64,000 nt of DNA, taken from contig JADJRH010000002.1 in assembly GCA_016712345.1 (NCBI GenBank), positions 136,466-200,465 on the forward strand, read 5' to 3'. The translations under genes were made by a program, and so were the position numbers. Each line of letters starts with the position of its first letter. Positions within the stretch are counted from its first letter, which is position 1. The notes beneath the pieces are model-generated. The model worked only from the letters and a program-made list of their open reading frames with translations. It searched no databases and was not told where the DNA came from. Source of the DNA: Polyangiaceae bacterium. Its GTDB lineage: Bacteria > Myxococcota_A > Polyangia > Polyangiales > Polyangiaceae. Positions 41,301 to 48,201 of the stretch are shown in pieces.

Positions 41301-41667
41301 CGTGAAGATGAACGGCTCCAACGACACGCGCCGCGTGCAATGCCCGTTCTGCTCCGAAGAAGAAGTGCAGCGCGTCACCGACTTTTTGCGCCTGCAGGGC
41401 TCGCCCGTTTACGACGAAAACATTCTCAAGCCGCGTGACGAAGACGGTGAAGGCGGCGATGTGGCCGACGACGAACTCGACGCAATGTACGACGCCGCGG
41501 TGCGCGTTGTTGCCGACACGCGGCGCTGTTCCACATCGTGGCTTCAGCGCAAGCTTGGCATTGGCTACAATCGCGCCGCCAAAATTGTCGAAGCCATGGA
41601 AAAACGAGGCGTCGTCGGCCCGGCAAACGGCGCCAAAGATCGCGAAGTCCTCATCGGCTCCATCTGA
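38380..41667 (+). CDS. ftsK: DNA translocase FtsK
   Basis: N-terminal TM helices and an Ala/Pro-rich linker. Motor domain with Walker A GATGAGKSVGLN, Walker B ILIVVDEFADLM and ATQRPSVDVITG. C-terminal gamma winged-helix domain (STSWLQRKLGIGYNRAAKIVEAME). Confidence 0.95.
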   Translation: MDEDVSTGLPLEMAVSLLAPRTPIAPESDGEAAPLAEPEPKPTRKRPSPKPKSTANDLPQGKRTGAKSPRSTKSAADETAAKSVGDSAADKPAPTPAPKGVHAYAREAAALLLIASALYISLALASFKADPLRIEVTGADWVGPVGAAFAGLLVETVGACAWLVPLDLALFATPLLQGRPAKVTFPRIAGDLVVLVVVSALLHVAFPKTTAFGAMPLGGTSGELFGEVMRALFSTLGSYIVGLTVVSLILIGRAAFSIIDWAQRAERRARALGEKGHGGLRALVGAWDQARALDEQRREEERKASEPVITEACDEAIFAALGDESPMPFPRVKPVLPAKAKAAPLVVNNERAAFAAPAAIAPTIAIASPSLASPSLVAAPKVAAPIAIATPPVNVPSIAAAFPEPPLADADAERRARAEAPTPSPVVAAAAPEKKRGRKKNDAANNAAAPIVEAAAAPIINAMVDLAAPAVGARAPDLDLKSDEAIAFAADSGDAADLDDANAEASFVDEAAAGAFELDLTGDRNNVSRSGEAAPKAAPPLSAPPAAVRAPIAAAPAAPVAPAEAEVKIVDTSAALEAQKPSILVKIVPAIGEGFRLPSPSLLDEAPGGRVHIDEDQLKQTAVQLEKVLADYGVNGKVEEIHPGPTVTTFEVSPAAGTKVSKVASLADDLALGLSRKVRIVAPIPGKNRIGFEIPNERRMPVVMRELVEDKRFLDMKAPLPCVLGRDIIGAPYFADLASMPHVIVAGATGAGKSVGLNVMLVSLLYRRTPAELRLLMIDPKVVELAPFDGIPHMLLPVVTDMKQASNALKWAVDEMERRYQLFANAGTRNITTYNGWAERVRKGEIKAPKKALPKTVTAVAPDGTDVDIPASADDPELPETLPWILIVVDEFADLMMQQGKDVEASVARLAQKARAAGMHVILATQRPSVDVITGMIKANFPTRIAFRVAQKVDSRTILDEQGAEHLLGRGDMLVKMNGSNDTRRVQCPFCSEEEVQRVTDFLRLQGSPVYDENILKPRDEDGEGGDVADDELDAMYDAAVRVVADTRRCSTSWLQRKLGIGYNRAAKIVEAMEKRGVVGPANGAKDREVLIGSI

Positions 41668-41734
41668 GGCCGCCCCGCGGACTCACGCTTCGCAACGCGC
41701 CTGGCGCGCTTTTCCAACCGAACCGTCCATTTCA

Positions 41735-41895
41735 ACACGGAGTCACGGAGTACACAGAGGACACGGAGTTTCTTTGATTGTCGGGCCGCAATGGGTACAC
41801 AATAACCAACGTTCTCGACCTGACGCCGTGCAAGCCGATAGCAGCCTAAAGTACACAAAACTCCGTGAACCTCCGTGTCCTCCGTGCCTCCGTGT
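41735..41895 (+). mobile_element. MITE-like element copy C, flanked by CACGGAG-repeat terminal inverted repeats, between ftsK and the next gene
   Basis: Left end cacggagtcacggagtacacagaggacacggag. Right end ctccgtgaacctccgtgtcctccgtgcctccgtg, which is its reverse complement. The core is homologous to copy B. Confidence 0.65.
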
Positions 41896-41979
41896 TTCAT
41901 GCGACGTGTCAGATGCCCCGACGGTACAGGTCGTCGCGAGACGCTTCAGCCACCGAACTATTGAACGCGGCAGCGAAGC

Positions 41980-43494
41980 TTGAGAGCTTTTTTTAAAGCG
42001 TTTTACAGCGACAAGCCACTTTTTTTGGCGGCCCTTTTTCTCGCCTTCGTCGGCGTTTTCCCGATCGTTGCAACCGACATTCTCCCGTTCATCGACTTGC
42101 CTCATCACGCCGCGCTTTCACGCCTTTGGTGGGATGTTCTGTGGGGCAAGCCGGAAGCGACCAAACACTACGTCATCGACTGGATGCCGATGCCTTATTG
42201 GTCGATCTACGTTCTTTTTGCGCCGCTCATTCGCATCTTCGGTGCACTTCACGCCGCACGCATTTTAACGGCGTTTTGCGCGCTGTGTGTACCTTTGGCG
42301 GTGCTTCGTTTTCGGCACGCGCTCGGGCGATCGATGGCGCCGGGCCTGCTCGCGTTTGTGATCGTCGTCGACTTCAATTTGTCGTTCGGCTGGCTCAACC
42401 ACGTGCTCGGTGTGGCGCTTGCGCTGTTTGCGCTCGCCGCTCTTGTCAAAGCCGACTCACCGCGTCGGGCGCTCTCCGTGTGGCCATGGGCCGTGTTGCT
42501 CGCCTTCACGCACGTGTTGCCGTTCGGCTTTTTCGGGCTCGCCGCCGCGCTTCTCACCCTTGTTCGTCCGGGCCCAAAAAAGAAGGCGTTTGCAACGCTC
42601 TTGGTTGCCTTGAGCCTTCCGTCGCTCGCGCTTGTTCCGTGGCTTGTGCGTACACTTTCTCAAGCCGCAGTCGGCAAACCGTCGGGGGCTGTGTACTCAT
42701 CGTTCGCCACGCGCGTGACCCACTTGTTTGAGTACACATTGGGCGGCGCGCAGGCGTCGGATCGGGGCATGTTGGCCGCCGGACTGCTCTTCACATTCCT
42801 GATCGTGCTGCCGCTCGCCGCGCTTCTTTTGCCGCGTGAAAAAGCCACTCCGCTCGATCGCGTTTCGCGCGCCCCGTTTGCCGCGGCAACTCTTCTCTAC
42901 TTCACATTGCCGCTCAGCGTGGCTCGCCCCGTGGAGCACTGGGGCACGTACCCGCGTTTCGCGTCGCTCATGCTGCTGGGTGTACTCATCGCGGTCAAGC
43001 CGGCAATCTCGGCTCGGCGGATCTTTGTGTACACAATTCCCGCCGCCTTGCTCGGCTTGTGGCTTTCGGTTGAAATAACGATTTCGTTTCGCCGTTTTTC
43101 GCGCGACGCCGCAGCATTTCACGAGATCGCGGCTCACGTTCCAGAGGGGGCGTCGCTCCTTCCGCTTGCGTACCACACCGCTTTTGAAGGCACGCGCCAC
43201 CGCATGGGCGAGTCAATCCATGCGTACATCACGGCCGACACGGGCGGGTACAACCCGTACCTCTTTGGCCAACCCACAAACCCGGTCCACTACATCAAAC
43301 ATGCCAAACTGCCGGCGCCAGAAGGCTGGGGCCGCCGCCCCGAAACCTTCAGCATGCTGATTCACGGCCAGCGTTACGCGTACCTGCTCGTGATCGGGCG
43401 AGCCGACGACCCCGTGCCGGAGTGGATCGGCCTTGCGCTTGAGATCGAAGCTGATCGCTACCGCCTCTACAAAATTTTGGAGCCGCGCCGTTAG
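41980..43494 (+). CDS. Polytopic integral membrane protein (about 12 TM), possibly a GT-C-like glycosyltransferase
   Basis: Hydropathy only, with an early conserved-looking DxxPFIDLPHH loop. No confident family assignment. Confidence 0.5.
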   Translation: MRAFFKAFYSDKPLFLAALFLAFVGVFPIVATDILPFIDLPHHAALSRLWWDVLWGKPEATKHYVIDWMPMPYWSIYVLFAPLIRIFGALHAARILTAFCALCVPLAVLRFRHALGRSMAPGLLAFVIVVDFNLSFGWLNHVLGVALALFALAALVKADSPRRALSVWPWAVLLAFTHVLPFGFFGLAAALLTLVRPGPKKKAFATLLVALSLPSLALVPWLVRTLSQAAVGKPSGAVYSSFATRVTHLFEYTLGGAQASDRGMLAAGLLFTFLIVLPLAALLLPREKATPLDRVSRAPFAAATLLYFTLPLSVARPVEHWGTYPRFASLMLLGVLIAVKPAISARRIFVYTIPAALLGLWLSVEITISFRRFSRDAAAFHEIAAHVPEGASLLPLAYHTAFEGTRHRMGESIHAYITADTGGYNPYLFGQPTNPVHYIKHAKLPAPEGWGRRPETFSMLIHGQRYAYLLVIGRADDPVPEWIGLALEIEADRYRLYKILEPRR

Positions 43495-43555
43495 CCAAAA
43501 GCGTGCCGAGCTTGTAAAGGAAAATCGTCACAAGGCCTTTGACTTTCGGAACGCA

Positions 43556-43801
43556 ATGCTTCAAACACGACCCGTGATGCTTGCGGAAGAGCACCGCACG
43601 CGGCTTATTGGCGAAATTGCCAAAGTCCTTCAAGACGAGTGCATGCCTGACGACGCGCGCGCCGCGGGGCTCGTGCTCATCGGGTGGCTCGCGCGCCGCA
43701 TGCCCGGTGAAACGGCGCACGCCCTCGGCGTTGAAGAAATGCGCGCCGCCTGTGCCCACCGCCAAAACGGATCGCGCAGCGCCTCCAAAGCGTCTCGGTA
43801 A
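43556..43801 (+). CDS. Small hypothetical protein (81 aa), tentative
   Basis: An ATG-initiated ORF in the 500-bp gap before the Pro-rich protein gene. It looks protein-like, unlike the overlapping antisense ORFs. Confidence 0.3.
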   Translation: MLQTRPVMLAEEHRTRLIGEIAKVLQDECMPDDARAAGLVLIGWLARRMPGETAHALGVEEMRAACAHRQNGSRSASKASR

Positions 43802-44004
43802 GCCGGCTTCAACGGCGGTTCGCCTCGCCGTTTCTCCGAGCGACCCACCGTTCGTGTGTACACAAGAACCGCGCACTCCGCGCCGTTCAGTGCGCATCCC
43901 GGCCGAAACACCGCGTCCCGCCGGATCCAGCCGCAGCCCCCTCGCCCGAATACATTCGCAAAAAAGTCGGGTTGCCCGCGGGCCTGTGATACCAAGAAGC
44001 ACCG

Positions 44005-47000
44005 ATGGCAGAGCGGGCGGTTGACCTCCCGAAGCCGCAGCCCGACGACGCCGAAGACGTCGTGGATTGGCTGTCGACCGCCCGGGCCTTGTGGGCTCGC
44101 GGCGAACGCGGAGATGCGCTCGTGTGGCTGCGTCGCGCCGCCGAGGCCGCAGCCCAAGCCGGCCAACCCTTCAGGGCTTCTGAAATTGGGATGTACGTCA
44201 CGGCGATCGAAGAAATGTTCGCCGAGCCAACCCCCAAGCCGGCCGACACCGTGCGCCCGGCCGCCGCAGATCGCCCGCCGCACGACACACTCGTCGATCC
44301 ATCCGAAGCGTTCGGTGCGCTCGCCGGTGAAGTGTTGCGCAAGCAGCTCAACACCATTGAGGTCGATCTCGATGACACCTTGGCCGAAGACAGCTCGCCC
44401 GATCTCTTTCAAGAAACAGCGGCGCTCGGTCCGGCCATGGTCGCGCGCGTCGCGCCTCCTTCTGAAGCCAAAGGCAAACCCAAAGCGCCACCGCCGGCTC
44501 CGCGTGATGTGACGTCGCCTCTCGCCGCTCAAGCGCCGGCGCCGCGTGAAGTGCAGCCGCCCAAAGTGATCGTGCAGGTTGCCAATACGGCCGCGGCACC
44601 CGCGTCCTCCCCACCCAAAAAATCTGCCTCTGTGCGGGCTCCCGCGGCAAAACCGTCGTCGCCGCCGCCTGGATTTTTGCCGGAGCTTGCGCCGCCGCGC
44701 GGCGAAGACGGTGAAGAAACAACGCTCGTGACGGGTACACTTCGCGGCGCACTTCAAAAAGCAAACGCGGCACCCGCATCGGTTGGAACGTCGCCGCTCG
44801 CTTCCACCCCGGCTCCTCCGCAGGTGCGCGTTTCGTCCTCGGCAATGCCGCCGCCTCCTCCTTCAATGGGGTCACCGTCGCTCAATGTGCCGCGGCCTCC
44901 GCCAACACCTCGGGAGGACACTTTTTCGGCAATGCGCAGCGCATCGACGGCACCCGCTGTGAAGCCGCCGAAGCCATCGAGCGCACCGCCGCCGCCGCCG
45001 TCCAACACGCCGCCGCCCGCGCGCCAGCCGCTGCCTTCTTGGTCCGGTGTTGGGCTCACCGGCAATGTGCGTACACCCACGCGCCGGCCACCCAAGCCGC
45101 CCCGAACGCCGATCTTAGATCCGTGGGCCGAAGAAGAGATCGCCGCCGCCCGGCCTCTTCCGCCCATTCCTCCCGCGCCCAAAACCGGCACCGAAGAAGT
45201 GGTTGTGGTGCGCGCGCGATTTCCCTCCATTCACGAAGACGACGATGTGTACACATCGGCCGCGCCCCTTCCCGCCGCGCTTCGTCGACAGGCGCCGGCC
45301 GCTCCACCTGCGCCCCCGGCTGCTCCACCTGCGCCCCCAGCCGCCGCGCCCTCATCCCCGCAAGCCGCCGTGCCGCCCGCGCCGCCCGCGCCGCCCGCGC
45401 CGCCCGCACCTCCGCCTCCGCCTTCCGTCGCGACTCCGCAGGCCGCCGCACCTTCCCAAGCGGTTGCGCCGCCACCACCGGCTCCGTTCGCTCCGGCCCC
45501 GTCGGCTGTGCCTCCCGCTCCGACTGTATACAGCTCCACACCAATTCCGCCTGCCCCGCCGGCTCCCAAGCCCCGCACACCCGTTCCCGGCCGACTGCCC
45601 AACACCGCCGACATTGTTCCCAAGGCCGATATCGCGCTTGCAGACGCTGCTCCCGCCTCGGTGCCACCGCCCAAAACCGATGTTGCGCCGAAGTCGGTGC
45701 CACCGCCCAAAGGGGCCAATCGCAAGTCGGCGCCACCGTCCAAATCGGATGTTGCGCCCAAATCGGTGCCGCCGCCCAAAGAGGCCAATCGCAAGTCGGT
45801 GCCACCGCCCCGGCCGGCCGCCGTGGTCGTCAGTTCTGAAACTCCTGTGCTCGCGCCCGGCAATGTTTCCAAACCCGAGAGTGCCGGTACAGAAGTAAAA
45901 CTCCCTCCCGATTCTCCAACGCTGCCCACCGGCAAGTCGTTTATCGAAAAACTGCGCCCGTCATCCACAGGCAGTATTCAAAGAGCGCCGGCCGCGAAGC
46001 CCTCGGCCCCGGCTTCCGCGCCGCCGTCCAAAGCTTCCACTGCCGCTGCCCCCGCCCCGGCGCCGCCACCTCCACCTTCCCAAGCTCAGCCCGTATCCAC
46101 GCCACCCGCAAAAGCATCTGTACCGGCGGCCCCCGGCTCTTCGCCGCCCCCGAAAATGCCTTTTGCCCCCGCGGCATCTCCCAAGTCGGTCGCGCCCGCT
46201 TCCATTTCCGCCGTCCCCGCATCCAAACAAGCGCCCACCTCCGCGGCAACACCCGCCAAGTCGGCGGCGCCCAAACCTGCACCCATGAGCCGGCCCTCTC
46301 CGTCGGCCTCGTCGGTTGTGGCCGCGGGCCCGCCGTCACCTGCCGCAGCGCCCTCAGCCCCCAAACCTGACTCCACCCCCACTTCCGTCGCCGCACCTAC
46401 CCCTGCGGCTCCAAAAGTGCCGCGCCCGCTCACTGTGCGCCCACCGCCTCCAGCCGCACCTGACACTGGCAAGTTGACACCCGACGCTGGCAAACTGACG
46501 CCTGACACTGGCAAGTTGACACCTGACGTAACCAAGTCCACACCTGATATTGCCAGGTCGGCATCCGACATTGCCAAGTCGACACCTGACATACCCAAGT
46601 CGGGATCTGACATACCCAAGTTTGACCCGGCCCGCGCCACTCTACCCATGATGCTAGAAGTGGAGCCCATGCCGGTGGACGTACCCTCCATGCGCGCAAC
46701 CCTACCCATGCCGCTGGAGCTGCCCAAGCAAATTGAAGCCTATTTTGAGGCCCAGGCGCAAAACCCCGTTCTTGTGGAAGGCGTTCGACTTGACCAGGTA
46801 GACCTCTTTGAAGGATTGCCCCGCCCCGCGCTCGAAACGCTCGCCTCCGCCGCGCGGGTAGAACAGCTCGGGCTCGACGAAGAAACGCGCGGCTTCGGCG
46901 CGGCGCTCTTGGTATCCGGTTCCGCTGCCTTGTGCGCCACATTTGTGGATGTCCCCGCTCATTGGGCCAAACCCGCCGAACTCCTTGTTGCCCGAGGCTC

Positions 47001-47517
47001 CCTCTCCGAGGCCATCGCCGTGCGCGTTGTGGGCCTTTCCGACGGAACAACGGTGCTCACCTGGTCGGGCACCGTTGTAGAAGATATCCTCGGCGCCCAC
47101 GTCGGCGGGGATGCTCGTCGCCGCGCCCGGGGTGACCGCCTCCAGGCCGAGGTCGGCGCCACCATGGGCCCCATGGGTGAACTCCCCGACGAGGCCCGCA
47201 AAGCCCTCTTCGAAGAGTTGAACCTCAAAAAACTCTCCCCGGGAGAAATCTGGTTGGAAGACGGTGCCCCCGCCCCCGCGGTTTGCGTTGTCGGCGCCGG
47301 TGAAATTGAAACCTACGGCCCCATTTCTGAAGAAACCACCGAAGCGTTTGAACCCGGCGGCATTGTCTACCCTGACCTCCTCGTTGTGGGGGGTGAAGCC
47401 TCCAGCTCCGCACGAGCCGGAAGCGGCGGCGCGCTGGTGCTTTTTACAGATCGCAACGGCGCTGCCAAAATGTGTACACACGTGCCCGACTTGGCCGCTC
47501 GCCTCCGGGGCGAGTAG
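44005..47517 (+). CDS. Large Pro/Ala-rich protein (1170 aa) with internal tandem peptide repeats and a C-terminal region resembling two cNMP-binding-like domains
   Basis: N-terminal ~70-aa helical domain. Long PAPPAPP, VPPPK(T/G)xxxxKS and (D)TGKLTPD repeats. C-terminal DLFEGLPRPALETLASAARVEQLGLDEE and LFEELNLKKLSPGEIWLEDG segments look like degenerate Crp-type cNMP-binding folds. Confidence 0.65.
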   Translation: MAERAVDLPKPQPDDAEDVVDWLSTARALWARGERGDALVWLRRAAEAAAQAGQPFRASEIGMYVTAIEEMFAEPTPKPADTVRPAAADRPPHDTLVDPSEAFGALAGEVLRKQLNTIEVDLDDTLAEDSSPDLFQETAALGPAMVARVAPPSEAKGKPKAPPPAPRDVTSPLAAQAPAPREVQPPKVIVQVANTAAAPASSPPKKSASVRAPAAKPSSPPPGFLPELAPPRGEDGEETTLVTGTLRGALQKANAAPASVGTSPLASTPAPPQVRVSSSAMPPPPPSMGSPSLNVPRPPPTPREDTFSAMRSASTAPAVKPPKPSSAPPPPPSNTPPPARQPLPSWSGVGLTGNVRTPTRRPPKPPRTPILDPWAEEEIAAARPLPPIPPAPKTGTEEVVVVRARFPSIHEDDDVYTSAAPLPAALRRQAPAAPPAPPAAPPAPPAAAPSSPQAAVPPAPPAPPAPPAPPPPPSVATPQAAAPSQAVAPPPPAPFAPAPSAVPPAPTVYSSTPIPPAPPAPKPRTPVPGRLPNTADIVPKADIALADAAPASVPPPKTDVAPKSVPPPKGANRKSAPPSKSDVAPKSVPPPKEANRKSVPPPRPAAVVVSSETPVLAPGNVSKPESAGTEVKLPPDSPTLPTGKSFIEKLRPSSTGSIQRAPAAKPSAPASAPPSKASTAAAPAPAPPPPPSQAQPVSTPPAKASVPAAPGSSPPPKMPFAPAASPKSVAPASISAVPASKQAPTSAATPAKSAAPKPAPMSRPSPSASSVVAAGPPSPAAAPSAPKPDSTPTSVAAPTPAAPKVPRPLTVRPPPPAAPDTGKLTPDAGKLTPDTGKLTPDVTKSTPDIARSASDIAKSTPDIPKSGSDIPKFDPARATLPMMLEVEPMPVDVPSMRATLPMPLELPKQIEAYFEAQAQNPVLVEGVRLDQVDLFEGLPRPALETLASAARVEQLGLDEETRGFGAALLVSGSAALCATFVDVPAHWAKPAELLVARGSLSEAIAVRVVGLSDGTTVLTWSGTVVEDILGAHVGGDARRRARGDRLQAEVGATMGPMGELPDEARKALFEELNLKKLSPGEIWLEDGAPAPAVCVVGAGEIETYGPISEETTEAFEPGGIVYPDLLVVGGEASSSARAGSGGALVLFTDRNGAAKMCTHVPDLAARLRGE

Positions 47518-47584
47518 GGCTACCGGGTAGATTCTCGCAAGGCACTTTTCTGCTACACTGAGGAAGATCGAGGTAAGAAGCAGA

Positions 47585-47803
47585 ATGTTAGCAAACCTGG
47601 CCGAGGCCGCCTTGAAATGGCCCGACTTCGTGACTGCGGTTCTCCGCGGTGAAGCCGTTGAACTTGTGGGGGATGACGGTACAACCGTACGCCTCGTGCC
47701 CGAAGTGAAGCACGCGCCAAAATTCGGGAGTGCACGGGGGTTGATTGAAATGGCCGATGATTTCGACGCGCCGCTCGAAGACATGGCAGAGTACATGAAA
47801 TGA
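47585..47803 (+). CDS. vapB: Type II antitoxin VapB (DUF2281/YefM-like, DDFDAPLED tail)
   Basis: 72 aa with the C-terminal GSARGLIEMADDFDAPLED motif typical of antitoxins paired with PIN toxins. It overlaps vapC by 4 nt. Confidence 0.75.
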   Translation: MLANLAEAALKWPDFVTAVLRGEAVELVGDDGTTVRLVPEVKHAPKFGSARGLIEMADDFDAPLEDMAEYMK

Positions 47804-48186
47804 GGCTGCTGCTCGATACCCACGCTTTTCTTTGGTTCGTGGCAGGAAGCTCTCGCCTGTCAACGACGGCGCGCGCCGCCATTGAGGCCCGCGAAAATGA
47901 GCGATTTCTCAGTGCTGCGAGCATCTTCGAAATGGCCGTCAAGATGAGCTTGGGCAAGCTTACAGTTGGATTGCCCATCGAAGAGCTACTCGGTCGGGAG
48001 CTAGCATCGGGAGGCTTTGCGCTTTTGCCCATCGAGATCCGCCACGTCGGCCAACTCGCCTCGCTACCGTTTTACCACCGCGATCCATTTGACCGGTTGC
48101 TTGCAGCACAAGCCCTGGTCGACGCACTCATGTTCGTCAGCGCGGATGAGGCATTCGATTCCTACGGCGTTCAGCGACACTGGTGA
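47800..48186 (+). CDS. vapC: Type II toxin VapC (PIN-domain RNase)
   Basis: LLLDTHAFLWF (first acidic residue), a further conserved acidic position, and C-terminal DPFDRLLAAQA...SAD motifs of the PIN fold. 128 aa. Confidence 0.85.
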   Translation: MRLLLDTHAFLWFVAGSSRLSTTARAAIEARENERFLSAASIFEMAVKMSLGKLTVGLPIEELLGRELASGGFALLPIEIRHVGQLASLPFYHRDPFDRLLAAQALVDALMFVSADEAFDSYGVQRHW

Positions 48187-48201
48187 GTGTGTGAAGCGTA
48201 C

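Noticed and set aside
43349-47823. Minus-strand ORFs 43349-44002, 43630-44757, 45056-45805, 45231-45968, 46086-46727, 46430-47050 and 46702-47823
   Set aside because: These are antisense to the Pro/Ala-rich 1170-aa gene or to the small + strand ORF. Their compositions are typical of GC-rich frame artefacts.
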